Below, piece by piece: positions 47,901-55,817 of a stretch of DNA of 64,000 nt. How positions within the stretch are numbered: the first letter of the stretch is position 1; each line of letters opens with the position of its first letter. The DNA is from a virus. The DNA lies in IMG/VR virus record IMGVR_UViG_3300013113_000555, positions 6,851 through 70,850 of that record. One strand, 5' to 3'. Below the pieces are notes generated by a model. It saw only the letters and a list, made by a program, of their open reading frames with translations, had not been told where the DNA came from and searched no databases. The position numbers were made by a program, and so were the translations under genes.

Positions 47901-50900
47901 ACGAAGAAAGTCTAGCTGTCGCTGTCGCATCTAAGTCTTTTAAGTCAAAAAGTTCATTTTGGCCCTGTAGTTCTGAGCCAGATATTACAGAAGCTAAAGA
48001 CTCAGAAACAGCACCTTTAAGAGAATTAAAAGTTTCTTGAATAATCTTTTCATCTAAAACATCACCAGAATCAGTAGAGATAGGCTTAAAGAAATTACCT
48101 AAGCCCAAAACTTCATTTAATAATGGAACAGTATCACCTATTAAATTAGAGGCAAACTCCTTTATTTGCTGTTTCATTTGGTCAAAAATAACATTTGACC
48201 TACCTTTTTCTTTTTTTCCACCAAATGTTAAATTGCCTTCTTCGTCAACCGCTGTTTCCTTGAAACCAAAAGCACCGTAACCACCCCTAGGAAAAACATT
48301 TACTTTTGTTTTCCCTTTTGGAATAACTATGTCTGGGTTTAATTGTTCTAGAAGCTTAACTGCTGACGCTGAAATATTTCCCCCAATCGAGGGGTCATCT
48401 TTGTCTCTTCCTACAAAACCAGTGTTGTTTTTTTCGCTGTCTGGACCTATTAAAGCACCAGTTTCTTCTGGCTTATTATCTACAATAAGGAAGTCTGTAA
48501 AGACCTTATCTTGACCTGTTCCGCTGCCTTTACCAAACCTTGCTCCAACAACACTTGACAGACGACTTTTCCCAGACTCCGCTGCTATTTTAGCCTGCTC
48601 CTTTATAACTTCTGGTAGATCATCAAATGAACCACCATTTTGAAATTTAGGTAATCCAGTTTTTTGATCTACATTCTTTTTAGGAACAACAAACTCGCCA
48701 CCCTCAAGTTCTGCTGGAACTCCACCTTGGCTATGACTTGGGCCTTTTACAAAGCCGCCTTTTGCAAATTTAATTGCTCCTAAATCTCCAGGAGTGTTTA
48801 CTTTAGCTATTGGAATATTAGGCGTAGCTATAGCTTTTGCTTGGGCTTCTAACTTACCCGCAGCTTTTTTAATCTCTTCTAAAGATTTTGGTAATTCATT
48901 ATTATACAGTCCACCAAGAGCTAGAATATAATCATCTTCGTCTTTTTTTAGTTCTTCGGCAGCTTTTTCAATAATCTGCTTTCTTTTCTTTTGTAACTCC
49001 TTGTATACGTCACTTGTGAACACGGATGATTCAAGCTGTGCCTTTTCCTCATCTGTAAACTGTGCTTCTCTTTGAATATCCCCCTGAGCGTCCTTGCCAA
49101 GAACTTTTACTGACCTTGAAGTGTTTTGGCCTGCTCCTGTATCAGTACTAGCAAGACCACCTTTAAATTCTGCAAATCCCCCTGTTGCTGCTTCTATTGC
49201 TGCTGCTGCTTTCGCACTAGGAAGGGTATCTCTAAATCCTTGAAGTTTATTTGCTATTTCTTCCCCATTTTTCGCAGCTTCTTCAACTGCAAATACAAAA
49301 CTCTGACTAAAAGAGTTTGCGTCATCAAAACTATTCTTTAATTCTTCTTGATTTGAAATTATTTGTTTTTGAATTATGTTTCTTTGTTCTTCATTTTGTT
49401 TCCTAGTCTTTACACCTCTGGATGTAGAACTCTCTTCGGTAGTCAGTCTTTTTTGTTTTCCTTCTTCTACTTGTCTATTTTTAAAACCAAAATCTAAATT
49501 ACCTACAGGAGTAGATGTGTTTTTAAATCTTCTTTTATCGTCAATGTCACTTCCATCAGTTACAACTATCGGTTCTACTGGTTCTTGTGGTAGACTAGTT
49601 ATTAATTCTCCCGATGTGATTCGGTTTGTATCTAAAGAAACCCCTGATTGTTTTAATGACTCTGCTGATTTTTGTTGTGCCGCTATTCTATCTAATTCTT
49701 TAAAAATATCTATAAAATTTTGTTTAGCCTTCTGTTGTGCTGCGTCTATTTCACCAAGATCAGCGTTTACACTTTGAATAAGAGAAGCAACATCTGTTGG
49801 TCCAATATTATCTCTTTTAGTTTTTAACTCTTCCTTTTTTGCTTCATTTCCTTTTATCCTTGATTCTAACTTTTCAATTCTTCTTGCGACACTGCCTTTA
49901 TCACCAAGTTTGCCAGCAGAAGGAAGAAGTTTACCCTTGTCATCTGAGAACTCAGTTTGTAAATCTGCTAATTCTTCTATTAGTTTTTCATTTGAAGATT
50001 CAAGACGTGATATTTCACCACTAATCGCCCTGATTTGATCCCTGCCTCCAACCCCGCCTGTAGCACCTACAGCTAAAGCTTTAGACCTGTTGCTAGTAGT
50101 TAAAGATTGTTGTTTATTTGCTTCTTCTACGGCTTTTGTAGTTGAAGCAGCAAGAGCTTTTACATCAAATGGAATTTTAACAGCACTTTCTTTTGAACCA
50201 GCACGTTCCCTAATGAACTTTTTCTTTTCAGCATTGCTTGCTACTTGTTGAAACTCCTCTTTAGATTTTTCACTTGTTGCCCTTACTGTTTCTTCAATGT
50301 TTTGCAATAGGGCTTCTGCGGGATCAGTTGGAATAGCAGCAATAGCTTTGTCAGCAGTCTTTTTCTTGGATTTTTCATCAGACACTTTGGCAACATTAGA
50401 ACCAATACCCAATCTAGTTAGCTTATCTAAAAGGTTACTATTTCTTATTAAAGCCTGAGTATTACTTGTTAGGGCTGTTGTATTGCCCTTTAAAGCGTCT
50501 AAGAGCTTAGAGTCAGGACCAATCGGACCTCCACCGCCTCCACCGCCCCCACTACTGCTGTCTCCACCACCCTTCTTGTTTATACTATCTAAGGCTTCTT
50601 CGGTCTTATCAATAATATCCTTTGTCTTTGTAATACCATCTTTAAAACCTTTAAAAAACTCACCACCAAGATCAATAAGCTTTATTCCACCTAAAGTAGC
50701 GAGAAGAGGCAGAAGAGGTCTTAAAGCGTCTACGGTTTTAATAAAGCCATTTGCAACCGATACTGCTGTTTTAGCAAAAGTTTGAAAGGTTTTAGACTGA
50801 GTTATATTTTTAATCAGCGTAGAAAAGTTTTCACTTAGAGCAGATATTTTTACAGATAAGGTATCCGCAGCACGGGCTACATCTTTACTTAAACCTTGCT

Positions 50901-52149
50901 TGGCTCCCTGTTGTGCTACCTTAAATGCATTTTCGGTTACAGAACCAAAGTTTTTAATTGCAGGTAAGATTTTTCCTATTTGACGAATACCACCAAGTTC
51001 TTCGACCACTTGAGCAAGTTCTATGGTTCCTAAACCCTCAAGCTTAGTAGATATCTCCCTAAAAGAATTGAAGAAACCTATAAAGTTATCTTTTGAATCT
51101 AAAAGCTGAATATCAAAACTTTTAAGAAACTCTATAGTACTTTTTCTTTGAAGTCTACTAAAAATAGTTCTAAGGCCAGTTGCAATAGTATCTGCTGTTT
51201 CGCGAGTAGTAGAACGAACAGAAGTGAATATAGCTAAAAGCTCATTTAAGCTTTGCTGTGGTCCTTGTTGAATATCTTGGCTTGCTTGTGCAAAAACACC
51301 ACCAGCACGACGAATAACAGAAACCAAATCCTCAGACTCAACTGCAAATCTTTTAGCTACATTATTTAAAGAGCCTAAAACTTCTTCCGTTTTACTAGCA
51401 GAAATATTAAACTGTCTAAGTGCAGCAATTACACCCTCAGTAGTACTTTTTATATCACCAAAAGTAGGAGCAAGACTAGCTTTAGAAATAGCTCTTAATG
51501 ATTGCTCTACTTCCCTAATACTCTGACCCGTTTGTGCCAAAGTAACTGCTGTTTGAGCCAACTCTATTTGACTAATACCTAAAGTGCCTGCAAGATTTCC
51601 AATAGCCCTATCTAGTGACTGAATTTGTGCTTTTGAAGAACCTGTAACTTGTTGCAATCTAACAATCTGTCTTTCAAATTCAATACCCTTAGATATTCCT
51701 TCTTGCACTGCCCTAACAAAACCAAAAACTGCACCGGTAGCAAGAGTAAAAGCTGAAAATCTACGAATAGCCAAAGCTGCATCTTTACCAAATGCTTCTA
51801 TTTCAGTAGCAGCCTTTTTTGCATCCTTGCTTGCTTTTGAAAGATTTTTCGATAGGTTAGCAGTAGTATTAGCCAAGCTATTAACATTAGAAATACTACG
51901 TCTAGAATTATCTCCAGCTTGTTTTATACTTTTGGATACTTTTTGTGCGTTAGAATTAAATTGACTAAAACTTTTATTAAGAGTATTAATTTGACTATTA
52001 ATATCTCTAAGGGCTTTTCCACCACCTTTATCAAAATCTAATTTTACAGGCACAGAAACACTACTAAGGTCTTTCTTAATCTTGTTTCTTACTTTAGTTA
52101 GACCTTTAGGACCACTTAAAATAATCTGTGCGTTAATATCAAAAGCCAT
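41947..52149 (-). CDS. Tail tape measure protein (3400 aa)
   Basis: TP901-like core (GVIAALRQFNISASKTEEVLGSLNNVAKRFAV...RRAGG), long Ala/Lys/Glu helical stretches, FAKGG..GP....GGVPAELEGGEFV motif; downstream of tube and chaperone-like genes. Confidence 0.9.
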   Translation of the reverse strand: MAFDINAQIILSGPKGLTKVRNKIKKDLSSVSVPVKLDFDKGGGKALRDINSQINTLNKSFSQFNSNAQKVSKSIKQAGDNSRRSISNVNSLANTTANLSKNLSKASKDAKKAATEIEAFGKDAALAIRRFSAFTLATGAVFGFVRAVQEGISKGIEFERQIVRLQQVTGSSKAQIQSLDRAIGNLAGTLGISQIELAQTAVTLAQTGQSIREVEQSLRAISKASLAPTFGDIKSTTEGVIAALRQFNISASKTEEVLGSLNNVAKRFAVESEDLVSVIRRAGGVFAQASQDIQQGPQQSLNELLAIFTSVRSTTRETADTIATGLRTIFSRLQRKSTIEFLKSFDIQLLDSKDNFIGFFNSFREISTKLEGLGTIELAQVVEELGGIRQIGKILPAIKNFGSVTENAFKVAQQGAKQGLSKDVARAADTLSVKISALSENFSTLIKNITQSKTFQTFAKTAVSVANGFIKTVDALRPLLPLLATLGGIKLIDLGGEFFKGFKDGITKTKDIIDKTEEALDSINKKGGGDSSSGGGGGGGGPIGPDSKLLDALKGNTTALTSNTQALIRNSNLLDKLTRLGIGSNVAKVSDEKSKKKTADKAIAAIPTDPAEALLQNIEETVRATSEKSKEEFQQVASNAEKKKFIRERAGSKESAVKIPFDVKALAASTTKAVEEANKQQSLTTSNRSKALAVGATGGVGGRDQIRAISGEISRLESSNEKLIEELADLQTEFSDDKGKLLPSAGKLGDKGSVARRIEKLESRIKGNEAKKEELKTKRDNIGPTDVASLIQSVNADLGEIDAAQQKAKQNFIDIFKELDRIAAQQKSAESLKQSGVSLDTNRITSGELITSLPQEPVEPIVVTDGSDIDDKRRFKNTSTPVGNLDFGFKNRQVEEGKQKRLTTEESSTSRGVKTRKQNEEQRNIIQKQIISNQEELKNSFDDANSFSQSFVFAVEEAAKNGEEIANKLQGFRDTLPSAKAAAAIEAATGGFAEFKGGLASTDTGAGQNTSRSVKVLGKDAQGDIQREAQFTDEEKAQLESSVFTSDVYKELQKKRKQIIEKAAEELKKDEDDYILALGGLYNNELPKSLEEIKKAAGKLEAQAKAIATPNIPIAKVNTPGDLGAIKFAKGGFVKGPSHSQGGVPAELEGGEFVVPKKNVDQKTGLPKFQNGGSFDDLPEVIKEQAKIAAESGKSRLSSVVGARFGKGSGTGQDKVFTDFLIVDNKPEETGALIGPDSEKNNTGFVGRDKDDPSIGGNISASAVKLLEQLNPDIVIPKGKTKVNVFPRGGYGAFGFKETAVDEEGNLTFGGKKEKGRSNVIFDQMKQQIKEFASNLIGDTVPLLNEVLGLGNFFKPISTDSGDVLDEKIIQETFNSLKGAVSESLASVISGSELQGQNELFDLKDLDATATARLSSFFESPPGASITELKRAEVKANLGLARAPEGGLISKVVNKAISDEKFQKNFEVFASRDTKDIKGTTPFEILPQDEKSRGGLTFTANSLLTPGELVFNPKLAEKIGLQNLKKFNRTGDSSLIRSLLGSDISKIATVPGKGNKDTFPATLDRGSFVIKKDSSEKSGLQNFNTGGLFGVQSFQNGGQSSGGTAFFSELAKNVGKATIAFGSLKSVDFSNIGEVISIVPILSAGLEGLFDSFSDATDALLSDEEKKVAEKIEAVDGEIASLEAATEATGALTEAVGAAAEGLTELPDKIAEAAAKAETATISALEGGADAPSVATNRRAGETLEQSVVKKPDKVAEIDRSVRVKKERAARNEKRKNLTRQERRELIANNRSRRIRKQDDADRAIFDKDIEEAETRVKSSNPAEARKGKRDLAQLKQNKQQFFNLSPEARLGEKSFTLKKGDKDLGRKRRSKKSLLSFDDLLPKLGGGGKGGGGLKGIFSKLAGKITSSDKSKSFVSDIASKGVSKVRDAGFRGIPEDLFGDGFRDGIKKLGKKGNFKKISKGFFTDLVDQFKDPKKLKGAFKKGKSIPGIIAAVLADPIINTIGDKVGLKEIGGAKGFESGSTVAAGAFGAASGAAKGAAIGAGIGSLIPIPVVGTVVGAIGGAIVGGIDGLFSGIKDQKIFNALTSLDKAAKAASEALGDLGDVEKLDINKDQEKIGKFLTAQEKLTSSVITTSKKLDEIENGGLKAAEGGEGGIPDASVIGGVLGGPVGVSVGAAIDLAESKTISSAFASSEEALTGWSQSLKENSGNKIAQFLQPFVNELGVTSLGLKNFASSIEDAITQSSLYQNTIGTLNSITSSVSGVFSVAGSLINQQGITGAASTAIGGSLSFATAGISDEIKGLFTGQSGQEVADDRIASVQGAVFLDQQTQAVESFITSVNLLDTEKLKETGDALQQLGAKSLDSIFAVSSSAKKLAQLDLSDIEDFNDLENTFKELTENSDPETLEQTAKIFKNIATNAAQLEAADLEKQLAGIAGEDADFKEALKPFQQANSVFLSTLQKGGDIRKASKARADNLLATLGAKVGTEGGVRDIVKGVKVTERDEQGRAIKDEKGNVVTKAADASNLDDVFAAIEQILAAGDKADPEKLAAVTAALGGNASEAANVFQALKASTGAQQDQTFAQIKATLAAKQRDEQIRSSLKLFDAFGTAIDKLNKGVSSLTDKFTTVADNINSEVEKILSGDTSITASAKFNPFENIDAASREEIKQGVANISATVGPGGDKALAETVEVLDFGKNLESSFTKLIDNIEADLGTGDVKSGDITASGIRKRFEEDNADELDDLPKDVREKFLAGLEASVGASRQDGGTIGIKELKESLVSGDLTAGIDQFTDQTAAALAEVTNSLNVLNTAVINAANVQSEIAQIETQKRLTIIGQREAFEDKFNKFLNQSVNVREQAEERLRNKLEATVNAGGAGARGAAAAGVGETDVLSAASLSDRRERLQAERESLKRRLGEASGQEGLAGGALQEEDTDQLIKALADNQQALQGTSDALQQLGDDVTQLAAIESELAKLQESQLTGQQKAASLARKLGDAKTPQERQKIIEEANKPIAALGKAKRLAAGEDVGDFSFDELADLLSLDDFTRQQFGVSDEDFANLKQVASTAVGEGIKDVKGGEVLGDAIVRSQDVDDEKQQLLDDAAAIQKGKEGAVESQANDKITALDAQFVLLTDQVTTTKNALAELTKTVLAFRGGGPNTPDTNRFEGSTTVAGASTSTNAFASIAEQFDPDVVSAANAAFNDGADPADIARSNAIASSLRDGGSNGIAAPNTLFDINALKPDVNKIAQQNAVNKIFEEQPTQQQFLKQTQAERVDRARDKNPLRNRRDSRLGKEIPKALDQGGSVLNDSAEKLLQASQALSGENQFADKVSQAAEKLANLPELKVDLNAQVGTVDVVLNGGALMTSFGEKVKNDVLAAVAEQLKGMQTPDGSLSDPRLS

Positions 52150-52163
52150 GTTTTACCTCTTAA

Positions 52164-52207
52164 TAAACAAAAAGCGACCCACTCTGTTAAAACAAAATAG
52201 ATCGCTT
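52164..52207 (-). terminator. Terminator-like hairpin between the chaperone-like gene and the tape measure gene
   Basis: On the - strand AAGCGATCTA...TGGGTCGCTT (10 bp, 2 G-U), then TTTGTTT. Confidence 0.5.
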
Positions 52208-52228
52208 ATCCAAGAATTATTTATACCC

Positions 52229-53131
52229 TTAAACTTTTTCCTGTTGTTTAGGGGTAGTTTTTTTAGTAGTTTTTCTAGTTCTCTTAGGTTTTGGTTTTTG
52301 TTTCTCAACAACTACATTGCCGTTTTCATCTAACGGTTTGCCTTCATCATCTAAAAATGGAGAAAAGGTAACTTTAAAATTACCAGAATCGTCCAAAACT
52401 CTACCATTAGCATCTACAAATACAAAATCGTCGTCGGAAACCCATTCAATATAATTTCCATAAATATCAATATGCCTACCGTCCTCATCAATATATTTGC
52501 CCTGTTTATCAACAAGTCTATATTCATCATCTACAAAATTAAACTGCTTTAAAAACTTGTTTTCTGGCAGTTTCTCATCAACATCTTCTGTATCAGAAAT
52601 TAGGTAGAAAAATTCAGTCGCACCGGCTACAGCCACAGGGTTATCTTGATTTAATAAATATCCAGTTAAACCGTTTTCAAAAAAGGGTTTACTATCCTTT
52701 TCATACACCAAACAATTAGCAAATAGGTAATTAAACCTTGCGGCATCAGCCCTTCCCTCACAAGTATTAGAATCTAAATCACTTCTAGAAGAAAGAAGCT
52801 CTACCATCTCATTTCTAGAAGACTTCATTTTTAAAGCTATTGTTTTAGCTTCCGAAAGTTTAATTCCTCCAGAAGCCAATTGATACTCCATATCTACAAC
52901 TTCTTTTCTAAGTTGTTGATATCTAGCCTCTCTATCATCACTCCAAAGGCTTCTTTTCCTTAATTCTTCTTCTAATTGATCCCTAATTAAAGAGCCTGCT
53001 TGAAGCTCTGAATTAAAAGTTTCCCTACGAAGCTTGTTTGCTGCTGTAAGCTTTTCAATATTTGGTCTAATTACCGCATATTTTACACCACCAACTTCAA
53101 ATACCCTTTTACCATCTTTTGTTTCTGCCAT
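52229..53131 (-). CDS. Tail assembly chaperone-like protein, paralog 2, with C-terminal DxxG repeats
   Basis: Lies directly upstream of the tape measure gene; aligns by eye with the 351-aa protein at 53445-54500. Confidence 0.55.
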   Translation of the reverse strand: MAETKDGKRVFEVGGVKYAVIRPNIEKLTAANKLRRETFNSELQAGSLIRDQLEEELRKRSLWSDDREARYQQLRKEVVDMEYQLASGGIKLSEAKTIALKMKSSRNEMVELLSSRSDLDSNTCEGRADAARFNYLFANCLVYEKDSKPFFENGLTGYLLNQDNPVAVAGATEFFYLISDTEDVDEKLPENKFLKQFNFVDDEYRLVDKQGKYIDEDGRHIDIYGNYIEWVSDDDFVFVDANGRVLDDSGNFKVTFSPFLDDEGKPLDENGNVVVEKQKPKPKRTRKTTKKTTPKQQEKV

Positions 53132-53133
53132 AA

Positions 53134-53448
53134 TTAATTCTCCTGATTTTCCTTATCTAATTTAAAGTTTGTAATAAATCTATTCCAAGTAAACGAATAT
53201 TGTGCTAATTCACTTTGAGCAGCACGAAGATTAGAATTTCCAGAATCTAATATTTTTGTCCTAGTTTCTTTCCAAATGCTTCTTAATTCTTTTTGCTCTT
53301 TACTTAAAGAAGAATAAGGAATACCATGACCCCACATAAAGCCAAACTGTTCTTCAAAAATAGCCAAAGAGCCAATTATTGTTGTATTAAATTTTTTTTC
53401 TAAGTTGTTTAATAATCTTTTTTTAGAAAATTCGTCGTATCCACTCAT
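53134..53448 (-). CDS. Hypothetical protein in the tail module
   Basis: Tiled ORF with ATGA overlap. Confidence 0.7.
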   Translation of the reverse strand: MSGYDEFSKKRLLNNLEKKFNTTIIGSLAIFEEQFGFMWGHGIPYSSLSKEQKELRSIWKETRTKILDSGNSNLRAAQSELAQYSFTWNRFITNFKLDKENQEN

Positions 53449-54500
53449 TTTCCTCTCCTTTGTGCCATTTGTCTCATGGCTTCTTGCTGTAACTTTAACT
53501 TAACATCCGGTAAATCCTGTTCTTCAACCCCTCGCCCATTCTTTAGTGCTTGTTTTCTAGAATTTATTTTAATTTGATTATCTAAACTGTTTAACCCTCT
53601 AATTCTATTTGCTTCTTGGGAACTATCTGCCACCACAAATAGCTCTCCACCACCATCTGTTCCTTTTTTATCAAGAATCTTATCAGCCTCTTTTCTTTTT
53701 CTATCTTCTTCTATCTTTTTTCTTTGGTCTGCAAACCAACCATCTAGCATGTCATCATCTTCTATAACCTCATCATCTGGTCTTTCCATGCTTTCGTATA
53801 CATTGTCATACATTCTAGAATACAATATTATAGACTTCTGATCGTTGGTTAATTCTAATGAATTTTGACCAAACATTTTTTCTTTTCCAATATTCCAATA
53901 AGACCTAATAGGTTCTGATCTAGCTAAAAGTCTAGAATCTTCATTAGTAAGCCAATTAGTATTTAAATAATTAGAAAACTTATTTAATAAGACACTATCA
54001 CTTTGCCAAAAATTAAAGTAGTCGTAAACCTTATTATCTTTATAGTCTCTTATGGTTATTGCAAGTAAAAAATCTTCTCTTATGGTCTCTGCAAAATTCT
54101 CTAAAGTTATATGATCCAAAGAATGCTTTCTTATTAAAAGCTTTTGTATATTATTATTTACCTGCTTTATTCTTCTACGAATAACCTTTTGTTGTTTTAA
54201 ATTAAAGAGAGCCTTGTATAAGGCAATTTTTTGGTCGTCTAGATATTGATTTTGTTTTTCAAGATTAGCTTCATCATCTCGGTTCCAAGCCCCACGAACC
54301 GCAAGTAGATTAGAAGCTTGATCTTTGGTTATTAGGCCATCAAATTTAACCGTAGAAAGTACTTCTTCAAACACCAATTCAGAAAGAGCAATGTCTTCTG
54401 GAGTTGGGCGACAAGTCTTGTATAGCTCTCCGTCTATTTTTAAATAGACGATGCCTGTTCTTAACCTATTTACCAATCTGTTTTTTTTAAAAATATCCAT
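53445..54500 (-). CDS. Tail assembly chaperone-like protein, paralog 1
   Basis: First gene after the tail tube; shares a G..Y...RP..E...DQ....L..R..W..D.EA pattern with 52229-53131. Confidence 0.55.
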   Translation of the reverse strand: MDIFKKNRLVNRLRTGIVYLKIDGELYKTCRPTPEDIALSELVFEEVLSTVKFDGLITKDQASNLLAVRGAWNRDDEANLEKQNQYLDDQKIALYKALFNLKQQKVIRRRIKQVNNNIQKLLIRKHSLDHITLENFAETIREDFLLAITIRDYKDNKVYDYFNFWQSDSVLLNKFSNYLNTNWLTNEDSRLLARSEPIRSYWNIGKEKMFGQNSLELTNDQKSIILYSRMYDNVYESMERPDDEVIEDDDMLDGWFADQRKKIEEDRKRKEADKILDKKGTDGGGELFVVADSSQEANRIRGLNSLDNQIKINSRKQALKNGRGVEEQDLPDVKLKLQQEAMRQMAQRRGK

Positions 54501-54519
54501 CCTAATCCTATTTCCTAAT

Positions 54520-54543
54520 TGGGGCGGGTTTTATCCCGCCCCA
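54520..54543 (-). terminator. GC-rich hairpin after the tail tube gene
   Basis: Perfect 9-bp stem TGGGGCGGG-TTTTAT-CCCGCCCCA; the U-tract on the - strand is poor. Confidence 0.55.
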
Positions 54544-54564
54544 TAAAATACTTAATATTAAATA

Positions 54565-55737
54565 TTAATTATCAAATGTTGAATCTTTAGTGAGTGCTCC
54601 CAAGTAGGTTTGTCTTGTGTCCCACCAACCAGTTCCAGATACGTTAAAATCATCATTCTTGTGAAGAACTGTGAAGTCATTAAAGGTTGTATAACTATAT
54701 GTTACAGCAACGTTTCCTCCACCAGCATCACCCCCTCCGTATGAAACAGAAGCAAGTTTATTTTTTTCACCAAGATAAACTCTCAAGCCTTCGCAGGTTG
54801 AAATTCTGATCTTATTATCTTTAAGGTTAGAAGCAGTAGAACAAACACTAGCACCACCACAGTCATCAATAGCGTTGACTTGATCTCCAGAAACACTAGT
54901 AACTTCAAAATCACAAGTAACTTCAACTGGGAAAGTAACAGTTCTTGCGTAAGGACTTCTACTTCCAAGTTGGAACAAGTCTTCTCTAGAGAAGTCTGTA
55001 GACACTGTAATCGAGGAAATATGGGTAACTCCACCACTAGGCAAGAAACCAGAGGTTCCAACGCCCAAGATTTCTGTAGGAACAATACTATAATCTGCAT
55101 TAGCAGTTTGAGCTTGGTATCCAGCAAAAAGCATGTTCTCTCTACGGTTAACACCACCAGTACCAATAGGAGCATCATTGTTTCCTGCAAAAAATCCGGT
55201 TGCAGCAGCTAGAGTCCAAGGAGCAGAACAGGTAACACCATCAGCACCAGTACCATTATAAGTGTTCCAAACCTTAACGTTTCCAGCAAGACTAACATCT
55301 TCTGAAAAATTATCTTCAAGCGGGAAATTATAAGATACCGAAGAAACTGTCAAACCCGACATTTCAACATACTGGTCTGGAGTACCTTCTACAGCCTCTA
55401 GTGTTTCAGGCCAAATACCTAATTGCATAATTGTTTCAGCAGGAGCACGTTTTGCAAGCTCTGGACCAGCAAGAGCACCACCAGTAGCATCACACGCAGC
55501 AGCAAGCATGTAGACTGTTGGAAAACCATCCAAGACCTTGCTCAAACTGATTTCAATATTAGGAATACCTTCGATATTCTCATAAATTGCAAGCTGACCA
55601 AGCTCAAAAGCCTGCTCAAGATTAAAAGTTGTTGTGATAGAAACAGACTGAACACCGTGTGCCTCACGGAAAACAGTAGTTCCAGGTTTACGAAAAGCTA
55701 CCTGTTGAATTGGGTAGTAAATTCTATTATTAGCCAT
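54565..55737 (-). CDS. Major tail (tube) protein
   Basis: HGVQSVSITTTFNLEQAFELGQLAIYENIE; ITVSTDFSREDLFQLGS...FPVEVTCDFEV; bracketed by a promoter-like motif and a hairpin; position upstream of chaperones and tape measure. Confidence 0.78.
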   Translation of the reverse strand: MANNRIYYPIQQVAFRKPGTTVFREAHGVQSVSITTTFNLEQAFELGQLAIYENIEGIPNIEISLSKVLDGFPTVYMLAAACDATGGALAGPELAKRAPAETIMQLGIWPETLEAVEGTPDQYVEMSGLTVSSVSYNFPLEDNFSEDVSLAGNVKVWNTYNGTGADGVTCSAPWTLAAATGFFAGNNDAPIGTGGVNRRENMLFAGYQAQTANADYSIVPTEILGVGTSGFLPSGGVTHISSITVSTDFSREDLFQLGSRSPYARTVTFPVEVTCDFEVTSVSGDQVNAIDDCGGASVCSTASNLKDNKIRISTCEGLRVYLGEKNKLASVSYGGGDAGGGNVAVTYSYTTFNDFTVLHKNDDFNVSGTGWWDTRQTYLGALTKDSTFDN

Positions 55738-55796
55738 TAATTCTTCTCCTAAATATGAAAAAGTTTAACTTTCATTTTATTGTTAAGTTAGCAATG

Positions 55797-55807
55797 ATAA
55801 ATACACC
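55797..55807 (-). promoter_or_regulatory. Promoter-like motif GGTGTATTTAT upstream of the tail tube gene
   Basis: Intergenic; matches GGTGTATAATA at 757-767 in 8 of 11 positions. Confidence 0.4.
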
Positions 55808-55817
55808 ATTTTTTAAA

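Noticed and set aside
53134-54500. Programmed -1 frameshift at A AAA AAC / A AAA AAA runs in the chaperone region
   Set aside because: The runs lie near gene starts rather than ends and would not fuse adjacent ORFs. Such runs are common in this AT-rich DNA.
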